DNA of 63,847 nt, the filler included, from Deltaproteobacteria bacterium (lineage in GTDB: Bacteria; JACQOV01), in the NCBI GenBank assembly GCA_016202395.1. It is 4 parts of 4 records of this genome, joined end to end, with 100 filler letters (N's around TTAATTAATTAA, not from the genome) between each part and the next. Parts side by side here need not be neighbours in the genome. Positions count along the whole stretch, not along the records: positions 1 to 29,234 come from JACQOV010000096.1; positions 29,335 to 51,653 come from JACQOV010000092.1; 2 more parts are not named here. One strand, written 5' to 3'. The translations under genes were made by a program, and so were the position numbers. The notes under the pieces are model-generated. The model did not search any database. It saw nothing but the letters and a program-made list of their open reading frames with translations, and had not been told where the DNA came from. Of the stretch, positions 25,174 through 33,995 are shown piece after piece. How positions within the stretch are numbered: the first letter of the stretch is position 1; every line of letters begins with the position of its first letter.

Positions 25174-25428
25174 TTAAAACTGACCCCAAATCTTCAACAT
25201 TCGGATGATTTTGACAATCTTTTCCTTTTCGAGAACCTGATAAACCAAGCGGTGTTGGATGTTAATTCTTCGGGAATAGGCTCCCGCCAAGTCCCCAACC
25301 AGTTTTTCATAAGGGGGAGGATTTTGAAAAGGATTTTCTTTCAAAATCTCCATCAGCTTTTCGGTTTTAGGTTTTAGGCCAGATTGAGAGATTTTCTTCG
25401 CATCTTTTAAGGCTGGCTTCGTATAGAT
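25174..25428 (-). pseudogene. yoeB: Txe/YoeB-family toxin pseudogene (absent from ORF track)
   Basis: Hand translation IYTKPALKDAKKISQSGLKPKTEKLMEILKENPFQNPPPYEKLVGDLAGAYSRRINIQHRLVYQVLEKEKIVKIIRM; no start codon before the upstream in-frame TAA; no antitoxin. Confidence 0.85.
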
Positions 25429-25501
25429 CCGCTTACTGACATTTTCACGTTGCTGTTACACTGACATTTTCATGAGGCGATCACACCGGAGGCATTGTCT
25501 C

Positions 25502-25531
25502 TTGACAAACATAGAGCCAGCAGAATAGATT
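25502..25531 (+). promoter_or_regulatory. Putative sigma70 promoter of the btu operon
   Basis: TTGACA-18 nt-TAGATT directly upstream of the riboswitch. Confidence 0.55.
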
Positions 25532-25544
25532 GATGGCGGAAAAG

Positions 25545-25715
25545 AACGATTCAGGCGGTAGAGGACCTTAATAGGGAATGGGGTGAGAGTCCCCAACGGT
25601 CCCGCCACTGTGATGAGGTTGCGCTCGCAAGCGCACTCTTTCTCCGATCCACTGGCTTTCTTCATCGGAGCTGGGAAGGGGAGAACGAGGAGCCTCTAAG
25701 TCAGGAGACCTACCT
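25545..25715 (+). ncRNA. Cobalamin riboswitch
   Basis: AATAGGGAATGGGGTGAGAGTCCCCAACGGTCCCGCCACTGT, CCACTGG...CTGGGAAGG, B12 box AAGTCAGGAGACCT; upstream of a TonB receptor. Confidence 0.95.
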
Positions 25716-25765
25716 GGATCTTTGGATGCTAATAAAACGCCTCTTCGAAGGAAAGGGGGTCTGTA

Positions 25766-27781
25766 GTGGGTCTTTTTTTATGCCCTTTCCTCTTTTTTGG
25801 GAGGAAAGGGTTTTTTATTTATATCTTCTGCTTTTGGCTCCATCAGGGGATGGCCGCGGATTTGGGGGAGATTCGGCGCGATGTGGAGGAGCGGCCTGTG
25901 GAAAAGGCGGCTGAAGAGAATGCCGGTTTTGTTACCGTCATTGAGGTCGAGGAGGCCACCGAGCGAGTCGAGACGGTTCCAGACCTTCTCGCGGAATCGG
26001 TGGGGGTCCAAATCCATCGCACGAGCGCCTTTGGAGGGTTTAGCACGCTGTCCATCCGAGGCTCGGCGAGCAATCAAGTTGCAATCTATCTGGATGGAGT
26101 GCTTCTGAATCCCTCCCACATCGGTATTGTGAATCTGACCGCTTTGCCTTTAGAGAGTTTGGATCGCATTGAGGTTTATCGAGGGTTTAGCCCTGTTTAT
26201 TTGGGGAGCTCTGCGATTGGAGGAGTGGTGAATCTGGTTACGCGAGAACCGAAACCTGGCGATCTTTCCAATGGGTTGGCCAACGGGTTGGCCAACCAGT
26301 TGGGACTGACGTACGGCTCCTTTGAAACGCTGGAGGTCAACGCGGTTCGCTCCAAAGCCAATCTCGCCTGGCAATATCTCGTAGGCGCTCATCACACTCA
26401 GAGCCAAGGGGATTTTTCTTTTCTTGATGACAACGGCACCCTCTTTACCACCGAGGATGATCAGGAAGTCATGCGGGACAACAACGACTTTGGGGATTGG
26501 GGGATCACTTTGAAGGGGGGATACGATATCGCGCGGGAGAGGAAAATGACGATTCTGAACGACACCTTTTATCGCGATGAAGGGGTTCCTGGGAATGGCT
26601 TTGGGGGATCCTTTGAATCCACGCGCCTGCGAACCTTTCGAAATATCACTCATCTCCTTTGGGAAGAGAGAGGGCTGGGGGATACTCCTCTCGATCTGAA
26701 AGGGGGGGCTTACTATCTTTTTTATAACGAGCGATTTCTGGATCGAGAGGGGGAGATCGCTTTTGTTCCCCAAGAGACCGACAACCGGATCCAATCGATC
26801 GGTGGCAACCTGTTATTTCACTCTCCTATCGGTGAACATCAGGAGGGTTATCTTTTTCTCGAGTTTCGACAGGAGGCATTTAAACCTTTTGACGAGTTTG
26901 CCACGCCACAAGCAGGGCCGGAGAGCTCGCGCCATAGCGGGGTCGTGGCCGCCCAAGAGGATCTCTATCTCTTTCGGGATCGGCTCACCCTTTCGCCCGC
27001 GATCCGTTATGAACCACTCCGGAGCGATTTTGACTCGGCGGATTCCAAAACAGAGGATTTTATCATCCCTTATATTGGCGCGAAGTTTCGTTGGATAGAG
27101 GGGTTGGATCTTCGCGGAAACATCGGCCGTTATTTCCGAGTCCCGACTTTTATTGAGCTCTTTGGCAACTCCGGCGCCATCTTAGGGAACGATCAACTTC
27201 GCCCTGAAGAAGGGATCAATCGAGATGTCGGTTTCCGTTGGGATCGCCCCTGGGGCCCTTTTGATTCTTTTGCGTTTGAATACGCCTATTTCGAAAACGA
27301 CATTGAGGATCTCATCGCTTTTATCCAAAACTCTCAGCAGACTTTGATTGCGATTAACATCGGTTCCGCCGATCTTCAGGGGCACGAATTGTCGCTTCTT
27401 TGGGGCCTTTGGAATTTATTCAAATTTTCATTGAATTATACCCGTCAAGAGGCCGTCAATACGAGCTCCTCTTTTTTGAGTGGCAATCGTTTGCCAGGGC
27501 GCGCACAGGATGAATTCTATTTTCACGCGGAGGCAAAGTTTCGATACGTGAAGCCGTTCTATGAATTCAATTTTATTGGATCGAATTATTTAGACGAGGG
27601 CAATTTGGTTTTGTTAAAGCGCCGATTCATTCACAATATGGGGATTACTTTTTATCCCAAAATTCGTGAGCTCTCTATGACGGCAGAGGTAAAAAATGTG
27701 AACGATGAACAGATTGCAGATGTTTTAGGGTTTCCACTGCCCGGGAGAAGTTACTACGGAACGGCACAGTATAAATTTTAA
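25766..27781 (+). CDS. TonB-dependent receptor, BtuB-like (corrinoid uptake)
   Basis: Plug motifs SIRGS..NQV.IYLDGV and DRIEVYRG; FRVPTFIELFG, GN..LRPE, PLPGRSYY...F; riboswitch upstream; start uncertain. Confidence 0.9.
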   Translation: MGLFLCPFLFFGRKGFFIYIFCFWLHQGMAADLGEIRRDVEERPVEKAAEENAGFVTVIEVEEATERVETVPDLLAESVGVQIHRTSAFGGFSTLSIRGSASNQVAIYLDGVLLNPSHIGIVNLTALPLESLDRIEVYRGFSPVYLGSSAIGGVVNLVTREPKPGDLSNGLANGLANQLGLTYGSFETLEVNAVRSKANLAWQYLVGAHHTQSQGDFSFLDDNGTLFTTEDDQEVMRDNNDFGDWGITLKGGYDIARERKMTILNDTFYRDEGVPGNGFGGSFESTRLRTFRNITHLLWEERGLGDTPLDLKGGAYYLFYNERFLDREGEIAFVPQETDNRIQSIGGNLLFHSPIGEHQEGYLFLEFRQEAFKPFDEFATPQAGPESSRHSGVVAAQEDLYLFRDRLTLSPAIRYEPLRSDFDSADSKTEDFIIPYIGAKFRWIEGLDLRGNIGRYFRVPTFIELFGNSGAILGNDQLRPEEGINRDVGFRWDRPWGPFDSFAFEYAYFENDIEDLIAFIQNSQQTLIAINIGSADLQGHELSLLWGLWNLFKFSLNYTRQEAVNTSSSFLSGNRLPGRAQDEFYFHAEAKFRYVKPFYEFNFIGSNYLDEGNLVLLKRRFIHNMGITFYPKIRELSMTAEVKNVNDEQIADVLGFPLPGRSYYGTAQYKF

Positions 27782-27785
27782 GTAA

Positions 27786-27819
27786 CCCCCTCTATCTCCC
27801 CCTTATTTTAAGGGGGAGA
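27786..27819. repeat. Short intergenic hairpin repeat
   Basis: TCTCCCCCTTA-TTT-TAAGGGGGAGA perfect stem. Confidence 0.55.
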
Positions 27820-27835
27820 AGAAAAGGAGAAAAGA

Positions 27836-28978
27836 ATGAGATTATTCTCGATTTTTATTTGTGGCCTTTTGCTCACACTTTATAACTGCGGTGGAGAGGT
27901 CCAAATAGGCGATCCCAATCCGGCCCCTCAGATCGTGGAGCCGATTGCCTTGGTTGTTACCAACGATGGTGGTTTTAAGGTGGCCTCGTTTGCATGGATT
28001 GATTTAGGCACACGACAACCGTTTGTGACGGAAGAGGTTTTGAGCACTAGCAGTGGAGATATTTTAGCTCGAGTTCATAATCAGACCGTTTATTTCCTTC
28101 ATCGCTGTGACAATGTGATTACGATTATCGATTTTGACAATATCGCAGAACCGACGCAATGGTCTTATCCCAAAACAGGGAGTTGTGCTCCTGATTTGGT
28201 GGATCTTGTGTTTACTTCGGGTGGGAAAGCTTATGCAAGCTATTTCGCCTCCTCTCCTCAGGAAAGTTTAGCCATTATCGATCTTGAAACGGGGGATCGT
28301 ACGGGATTCATCGATCTCTCCAGTGTTGTAGATCCGAAGGATACGGATGGTCGTCCGGAGGCGGATCAGATGAGCGTGGTGGGGAATAAGTTATTCCTGA
28401 CATTACAAGAGTTGGATATTTCCGATCTTCCTAAACCCGTTCGTCCCGGAAAAATCGTTGTCATTGATACGTTGAGTGACACGATTGAAACGGTGATCGA
28501 GCTTCAAGGGATGAATCCTTTTAATGAGTTGATTTACGATTCCACAACCGATCGGATCTATGTGAGTGAAGTGGGTGTATGGGGCGTACTCGATGGTGGC
28601 ATTGAAATTATTAACCCCGATACTTTGGAATCAGAAGGGTTTTGGGTTACGGAAGAGGATCTTGGAGGGGACCTCACCGATTTTGCCGTCGTCTCTTCTT
28701 CTAAAGGCTATGCTTTGATCCAAGACATGAACCTCAACACAAAAGTGGTCCCCTTTTCGGATAGTGCCGCACAGGCACCCATCCTGGAGGTTCGTTCGGG
28801 TGAGGGTAATTACTTGAGCGTGATTGAACTTAATTCCTTGGGGGAGCTCTATGTAGGGGATCGATCGGTCCGTCACGCAGGAGTTTGGGTGATCAACACA
28901 GTAGATGACACTTTTTTGACGGATGAGCCAATCGATGTGGGTTTGCTCCCGGTCGATATTGTTTTTGTGGAGCCGTAG
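27836..28978 (+). CDS. Beta-propeller lipoprotein (BtuG/YncE-like, putative B12 capture)
   Basis: Lipobox-like LYNC; repeated VIDT..D.I blades; located in a cobalamin-regulated operon. Confidence 0.65.
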   Translation: MRLFSIFICGLLLTLYNCGGEVQIGDPNPAPQIVEPIALVVTNDGGFKVASFAWIDLGTRQPFVTEEVLSTSSGDILARVHNQTVYFLHRCDNVITIIDFDNIAEPTQWSYPKTGSCAPDLVDLVFTSGGKAYASYFASSPQESLAIIDLETGDRTGFIDLSSVVDPKDTDGRPEADQMSVVGNKLFLTLQELDISDLPKPVRPGKIVVIDTLSDTIETVIELQGMNPFNELIYDSTTDRIYVSEVGVWGVLDGGIEIINPDTLESEGFWVTEEDLGGDLTDFAVVSSSKGYALIQDMNLNTKVVPFSDSAAQAPILEVRSGEGNYLSVIELNSLGELYVGDRSVRHAGVWVINTVDDTFLTDEPIDVGLLPVDIVFVEP

Positions 28979-29002
28979 CCTGGGTTCCGCTCCAAAGGAA
29001 AC

Positions 29003-29234
29003 ATGAGGAATTTGAGCATGAAAGTAATCCGTACTATCTCCATCAGGTTGTGGAAAAATTCTTCTCGACGTCATCCCCGCGGAAGCGGGGATCCAGTTTT
29101 TTCGATAAATTGGATTCCCACTTCAATGGGAATGAGATGGATTCCCGTTTTTACGGGGATGACGCTCTGGATTACCGCTTCCGCTGTGTGGGGGATCACG
29201 GACGAGATGGGACGCGATGTTGCGGTCCCTTCGA
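29003..29234 (+). CDS. BtuF-like periplasmic binding protein, 5' fragment (cut by gap)
   Basis: ITDEMGRDVAVP matches the N-terminus of helical-backbone ABC binding proteins; operon context. Confidence 0.6.
29069..29164. repeat. REP/RPE-like palindromic element inserted in frame in the btuF-like gene
   Basis: CGTCATCCCCG...CGGGGATGACG termini, CCCCGCGGAAGCGGGG hairpin, two TGGATTCCC modules; 96 bp. Confidence 0.8.
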
Positions 29235-29334
29235 NNNNNNNNNNNNNNNNNNNNNNNNNNNNNNNNNNNNNNNNNNNNTTAATTAATTAANNNNNNNNNN
29301 NNNNNNNNNNNNNNNNNNNNNNNNNNNNNNNNNN
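29235..29334. other. Assembly spacer (artificial contig join)
   Basis: N runs with central TTAATTAATTAA six-frame stop linker. Confidence 0.98.
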
Positions 29335-29916
29335 AGTGGAGCAATGGGAGAAGGATGGTCGGACTGGTTTGCAGCGAGCCTTTATGACGATCCTATCATT
29401 GGAGAGTACGTCTCGGGAAATAGCTCCAAAGGAATTCGAAGATACGCTTTGGATCGGAATCCTTTGACGTATGGGGATTTATGCCAGGGTCCCAACGGAT
29501 GTGAAGTGCATGATGATGGGGAGATCTGGTCTGGGATTCTGTGGGATCTACGAGAAAAATTCATTGAGAAGTACGATTATGAGGAAGGGAAAGCTCAAGT
29601 GGAGCAATTGGTGATCGATGGGATGAAATTTACCCTTATCAATCCCTCCATGCTTGATGGGAGGGATGCAATTTTAGCGGCAGATGTGGCCGATGGAGGA
29701 GAGAGTCAGGATTTGATATGGAAAGCTTTTGCCTGTAAAGGAATGGGAGTTTCCGCTTCTACGCTGGATCATAATGATTCCAGTCCACAGGAGGCTTTTG
29801 ATCTTCCTGACGGTACGGATTGTCGAGGCCGAGTGGAATTGCCATGGATCGACGAGCTACGAGAGATCTTCGGTTCTATTTTCCGGGATATTATAAAAAT
29901 AATTCGTCCGGTTTAA
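29335..29916 (+). CDS. M36 (fungalysin) metallopeptidase, 3' fragment
   Basis: GAMGEGWSDWFA, GIRRY, NPLTY, EVHDDGEIWS..LW, P.MLDGRDAIL.AD, IWKAFA..GMG. Confidence 0.85.
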   Translation, partial: SGAMGEGWSDWFAASLYDDPIIGEYVSGNSSKGIRRYALDRNPLTYGDLCQGPNGCEVHDDGEIWSGILWDLREKFIEKYDYEEGKAQVEQLVIDGMKFTLINPSMLDGRDAILAADVADGGESQDLIWKAFACKGMGVSASTLDHNDSSPQEAFDLPDGTDCRGRVELPWIDELREIFGSIFRDIIKIIRPV

Positions 29917-30200
29917 TCCAAGGATGACATACGAATTTCTTGAACCGCCCGTTGATGGCCTGTTATGGCTTCATCCCAAGTCTCCCATTTTTGGGATTGT
30001 AGAGTTAAGTTTCCATCAAAGACCGTGGTTTCAAAGAGGAGGGGGGTTTCCTCTTGCGAGATCCCAACGAAGACCGTAGAGATCAGCGTGTTCCCGATCT
30101 TGGTTTTTTGAAGATGCCTCTCAGAACCTAGAAACTCCAGCCACTGTGAAAGATTTTGACAGGGTTTTACCTTTTTCCCTTTAAGAACATATCGCTTCAT
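29913..30200 (-). CDS. Phage-type hypothetical protein
   Basis: Strong RBS; ISTVFVGI...PLLFETTVF.G......W.TW.EA..GH pattern typical of small phage proteins. Confidence 0.65.
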   Translation of the reverse strand: MKRYVLKGKKVKPCQNLSQWLEFLGSERHLQKTKIGNTLISTVFVGISQEETPLLFETTVFDGNLTLQSQKWETWDEAITGHQRAVQEIRMSSLD

Positions 30201-30413
30201 GTTTTCTCCTTCCCTTGGGATAGTTTCCTTCTCTCTTTTTCTTTATGAGACACCGGACCTTTCAAAAAGGTTCATTATCTCTATCGATGTTTCCAGCCCA
30301 TTTGTTGCTACCTGGAAAGAAATTTCCTTTCGGGAGGTAAAGATTTTTACGCTCTTGGACATCCTCTGTCCTGTTCTGACGGGTTCTGACGCCCTCTGTC
30401 GCTCACTGTCATG

Positions 30414-30442
30414 TTGAAATGGTGTTTTGGAGGGTTCACAAT
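30414..30442 (+). promoter_or_regulatory. Putative sigma70 promoter of the structural operon
   Basis: TTGAAA-17 nt-CACAAT, followed by AAGGAG RBS and ATG 30458. Confidence 0.5.
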
Positions 30443-30457
30443 GAGGAAAGGAGAGAG

Positions 30458-32461
30458 ATGAGAACCGTTCGCACCGAGCCTTTTTATCGGATAGCCGAGA
30501 TTGTGCCGGAGACCTTTGATGAGAAGAGCCGCACCTTTGAGGTGGTCTTTTCAACCGGGGCCCGAGTTTTGAGAAAGCCCTTTTTTGAGGAGCCTTTTAT
30601 TGAAGAGTTGAGCCTCGATCCTGAGCATGTCCGACTGGAGAGGTTAAACAACGGGGCTGCATTTCTCGATAGTCATGGGGAGAGAAAAAGGGGACTCTCT
30701 GACGTCTTAGGCAAGGTGGTTCGAGGGACCGCCAAGGTTGACGGTCAGAAAGGGATGGCCCAGATTCGGCTCTCCAAAAGGGCCGAGGTGGAACCGATTG
30801 CTCAGGACATTCTCGATGGGATTATTTCCAAAGTGAGCATGGGGTATCAGATTTACAAGCTGGAAGAGGTAGGCCGGCAAGGGGAATTAAAGACATTTCG
30901 AGCGATCGATTGGGAGCCGTTTGAGATTTCAGCCGTTCCGGTGGCGGCCGATGATGGGGCCGAGATTCGGGCTCCTGTCCCTGATCATAACCGACCCGAA
31001 TATGACTGTGTGTTGTATGAGGCGAGTCGTTCTCAGACTCTATCTGAAATAGAGAAGAAAGAAGAGGAGGAAAGAATGGAAGGAGTTTCAGGGGTTGATC
31101 TTCATAAAGAGAGTTCAAGGCAGGATCCCGAGCCCCAGAAAGAGGAGATGAAGGTCGATGAGAAGAGGGATGAGAAAAAGGATTTGGCTGTTTCAGAAAG
31201 AAATCGAGCCCTAGAGATATTGCGTAGTGTTCGAGCCGCCCAGTTATCCGATACCTTTGCCGAGGAGTGGATCCAATCCAATTTAACGCTGGATCAGGTG
31301 AGAGCCAAAGTGATCGACAGACTCGCTTTAGCTTCTGAAGAAGCTCCGACGCGGAGTCTTCGGGTGGAAGTGGGAGACGGCCCTCCCGATCATCTCCTTC
31401 GAGGAGCTGAGAACGCGCTGCTGCATCGATTTGACTCGGCTCGATATCCTCTGGAGGAGGAGGGGCGCCCCTATCGACATCGGAGGCTTTTGGATTTAGC
31501 CCAAGAATTTCTCCAGGTCTCTGGAGTTCGGACCCGTGGGATGAGTGCGAGCGAGATTGCGAGCCTGGCCTTAAAGAAGAGAGGGGGGATGCATACCACG
31601 AGCGACTTCCCGTTTCTCCTAGAAAACATCGCCAACAAAACCTTAAGAGATGCCTATGAAGAGGCCCCTCAAACGTTTGAGTCTTTTATTCGACGAGTGC
31701 CTGTCTCCGACTTTAAAGAGATCTCTCGGGTCTCTCTCGGGGATGCTCCGTCTTTAGAGAAAGTCAATGAAAAAGGGGAGATCCGATATGGGAGCCTCAG
31801 TGAAGCCGCAGAGAAGTATCATATTGAGACCTTTGCTAAAATTATCTCCATCACTCGGAAAACCATCGTGAATGACGATCTGGATGCCTTTACTCGGATC
31901 CCGTTTCTCTATGGGATTGCGGGGAGGGATTTGGAATCGGACCTCGTTTGGGACTTGATTACGAGTAATTCCCTGATGGGAGATGGGAAACCCTTGTTTC
32001 ATAGCAGTCACAAGAACTTAATCAGTCCGGGGACTCCTTTGGAGGTGGACTCTTTAGGAGCGGCGAGGAAGCTTTTGCGCCTTCAGACAGGGCTCGATGG
32101 GAGGAAGCTCAATTTGACTCCTTTCGCGGTGATGGTTCCGACCGAATTAGAGACCTTAGCCCAGAAGTTTTTGGTACAGACCACGGTTCCGACAAAATCG
32201 GAGGATGCCAATCCCTTTGAGGGGAGATTACAGGTGATTGCCGAGCCTCGGCTGGATGATCACTCCACCCAGGCTTGGTATGTGATTGCGAGTATTCGGC
32301 AGATTGACATTGTGGAGCTGGCGACTTTGGATGGGCAGAGGGGCCCCAAGCTCGAGAATGAGAGTGATTTTGATATTGAGGGGATTAAAATCAAGGCGGT
32401 CTATGACCTGGGGGCGAAGGTCATTGATTATCGGGGACTGGTCAAAAACGAGGGGGCCTAA
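30458..32461 (+). CDS. Prohead protease-major capsid protein fusion (HK97 fold, Mu gpT-like C-terminus)
   Basis: Protease motifs FLDSH, KVSMGY, WEPFEISAVPVAAD; scaffold-like charged linker; MCP motifs HTTSDFP.LL, VSDFK, VNDDLDAF, D.G...IDYRGL.KN.GA. Confidence 0.92.
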   Translation: MRTVRTEPFYRIAEIVPETFDEKSRTFEVVFSTGARVLRKPFFEEPFIEELSLDPEHVRLERLNNGAAFLDSHGERKRGLSDVLGKVVRGTAKVDGQKGMAQIRLSKRAEVEPIAQDILDGIISKVSMGYQIYKLEEVGRQGELKTFRAIDWEPFEISAVPVAADDGAEIRAPVPDHNRPEYDCVLYEASRSQTLSEIEKKEEEERMEGVSGVDLHKESSRQDPEPQKEEMKVDEKRDEKKDLAVSERNRALEILRSVRAAQLSDTFAEEWIQSNLTLDQVRAKVIDRLALASEEAPTRSLRVEVGDGPPDHLLRGAENALLHRFDSARYPLEEEGRPYRHRRLLDLAQEFLQVSGVRTRGMSASEIASLALKKRGGMHTTSDFPFLLENIANKTLRDAYEEAPQTFESFIRRVPVSDFKEISRVSLGDAPSLEKVNEKGEIRYGSLSEAAEKYHIETFAKIISITRKTIVNDDLDAFTRIPFLYGIAGRDLESDLVWDLITSNSLMGDGKPLFHSSHKNLISPGTPLEVDSLGAARKLLRLQTGLDGRKLNLTPFAVMVPTELETLAQKFLVQTTVPTKSEDANPFEGRLQVIAEPRLDDHSTQAWYVIASIRQIDIVELATLDGQRGPKLENESDFDIEGIKIKAVYDLGAKVIDYRGLVKNEGA

Positions 32462-32505
32462 GCCTTTCGGCCCCTGTTGAGGATACAAAAGAAGAGGAGA
32501 TTCAA

Positions 32506-32841
32506 ATGTCTAAGAGTTTTGTTCAAACAGGAGAAGTACTCGATTACGTGAACGTCACGGGGAGGGACCTAACCTCGGGAGAGGTGATCGTCGTAGGTTC
32601 TCGGATTGCGGTCGCGGCGGTGGATATTCCAAAAGACTCGGAAGGCTCGGCCGATCTGGTGGGGGTGTTTCGGTTAGCCAAGGAGGTCGCAGCCACGTTC
32701 AATCAAGGGGACAAACTTTTCTGGGATCCCGTGAATAATTATCTCACGAAGAACTCGGCCGGGAATATTCCTGCAGGGATGGTTTTTAAGGAGGCCCCCT
32801 CTGGAGAGGCGGAAGCCCTTTGTCGTTTAGAGTCCAGTTAA
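32506..32841 (+). CDS. DUF2190-family capsid cement/decoration protein
   Basis: FVQ.G..L, SG.V..VG, GVF.L.K, G.KL.WD; directly after MCP. Confidence 0.85.
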   Translation: MSKSFVQTGEVLDYVNVTGRDLTSGEVIVVGSRIAVAAVDIPKDSEGSADLVGVFRLAKEVAATFNQGDKLFWDPVNNYLTKNSAGNIPAGMVFKEAPSGEAEALCRLESS

Positions 32842-32860
32842 AGTTTAGGGGAGAGAGGGG

Positions 32861-33175
32861 TTGAGTTTTGAGGCACGAGTCGATCGATTACTTCAGAGCG
32901 CTCTTTTTCACCTTGGGCGATCTGTTTCGTATCAGCCTTTAACAGGAGGCATCTTTTTAATTCGAGCGATCTGGGATGAGAGTTTTGAGCAGGTGGATCC
33001 CGAGAGCGGAGCTGTGATTGCGAGCAACGCTCCTCGGATGGGAGTGAGATTAAAAGATTTACCTTTCACTCCACGGAAGGAGGACACGGTGGTCCGCGAA
33101 CAAACTCCTTACCGAGTGATCGATAGTCAAGAGGATGGGCAAGGGGGAGCGACCCTCCTTCTCCATCGGAAGTAG
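32861..33175 (+). CDS. Head-tail joining protein (lambda FII-like)
   Basis: LG..V.Y.P, P...D......Y.V.D...DG.G...L.L; position in cluster. Confidence 0.75.
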   Translation: MSFEARVDRLLQSALFHLGRSVSYQPLTGGIFLIRAIWDESFEQVDPESGAVIASNAPRMGVRLKDLPFTPRKEDTVVREQTPYRVIDSQEDGQGGATLLLHRK

Positions 33176-33194
33176 AGGCGAAGGCAAGAGGGAA

Positions 33195-33752
33195 ATGATG
33201 CCACACCAGAGGCAGTTGATCCGGAAGAAGGTGGTAGAGATTTTAAAGAATAGAACTCCTGCGGCCTCTCGAGTGGTCGGGAATCCTACAACCCCTCAAT
33301 GGGCCGATTCTTTGCCTGCGATCTTTGTTTTTCCCCTGTCGGAGTCGGTCGAGGAGTACACCCAAGCCCCTCGAGAGAACAAAAGGACTTTGCAATTAGC
33401 CATAGAAATGGTGGCTCGAGCGAATCAAGATGAGCTGCTTTCGGATCAGCTCGATGAGATGGCTCTTAAAGTGGAGGATCTGTTGGGAGTGGACGACACT
33501 TTAGGAGGGACGGCCGAGGATATTCTTCTTCGATCGGTCGAGATGAAGTATTTGGGGGAAGGAGACCGCCCCATTGGAGCCATCCGCAACATTTATGAGG
33601 TGATCTATTTAACCGCAGTTCCCAAAACAACGGAAGGACAGGATCGGATCACGGATCTCCAAGCGATTCAGACGCAATGGGATATACGGGAAGGAGAAAT
33701 TCCTTCCGATGGAGTCCTAGAAGCTGAAGACAAGATCATTGTTTCTCCATGA
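33195..33752 (+). CDS. Tail terminator/completion protein
   Basis: H.RQ.IR..V...L, LPAI.V....E, LD.....VE; position before sheath. Confidence 0.7.
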   Translation: MMPHQRQLIRKKVVEILKNRTPAASRVVGNPTTPQWADSLPAIFVFPLSESVEEYTQAPRENKRTLQLAIEMVARANQDELLSDQLDEMALKVEDLLGVDDTLGGTAEDILLRSVEMKYLGEGDRPIGAIRNIYEVIYLTAVPKTTEGQDRITDLQAIQTQWDIREGEIPSDGVLEAEDKIIVSP

Positions 33753-33764
33753 AACGAGGACAGA

Positions 33765-33995
33765 ATGGTAGAGATTTTTCTAAAACCACGCAGTGGCCTT
33801 AAAGTGAGGGATCCTAAGACCCATCGGCCTCTTCCTCCGGAAGGGATGAAGGTACGCAAGAGCGTCTATTGGATGAGGAGGCTTCGAGATCGGGATGTGG
33901 AGATTATCAAACCCATCCCTTTAAATCCCCATACAGAATCGGTGATTTCTCTCAAGAGATTGGAGAGGCCTTTGAAGAAAGAGAAGGAGAGTTAA
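33765..33995 (+). CDS. DUF2635 protein (Mu gp38-like)
   Basis: KP..GLKVRDP.T..PLP.EG..V....YW.RRL.D.DV. Confidence 0.9.
   Translation: MVEIFLKPRSGLKVRDPKTHRPLPPEGMKVRKSVYWMRRLRDRDVEIIKPIPLNPHTESVISLKRLERPLKKEKES

Noticed and set aside
25048-25377. 109-aa plus-strand ORF
   Set aside because: Made of the MITE plus the antisense shadow of the yoeB pseudogene
29235-29334. TTAATTAATTAA motif repeated three times within N runs
   Set aside because: Artificial six-frame-stop contig linker; no biological meaning, and cross-gap gene linkage cannot be assumed
30243-30362. Possible 39-aa minus-strand ORF upstream of the phage hypothetical gene
   Set aside because: Short, no recognisable motif and not portal-like; insufficient support
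32452-32476. GGGGCC/GGCCCC hairpin at the MCP stop
   Set aside because: No U-tract and a large loop; cannot be called a terminator
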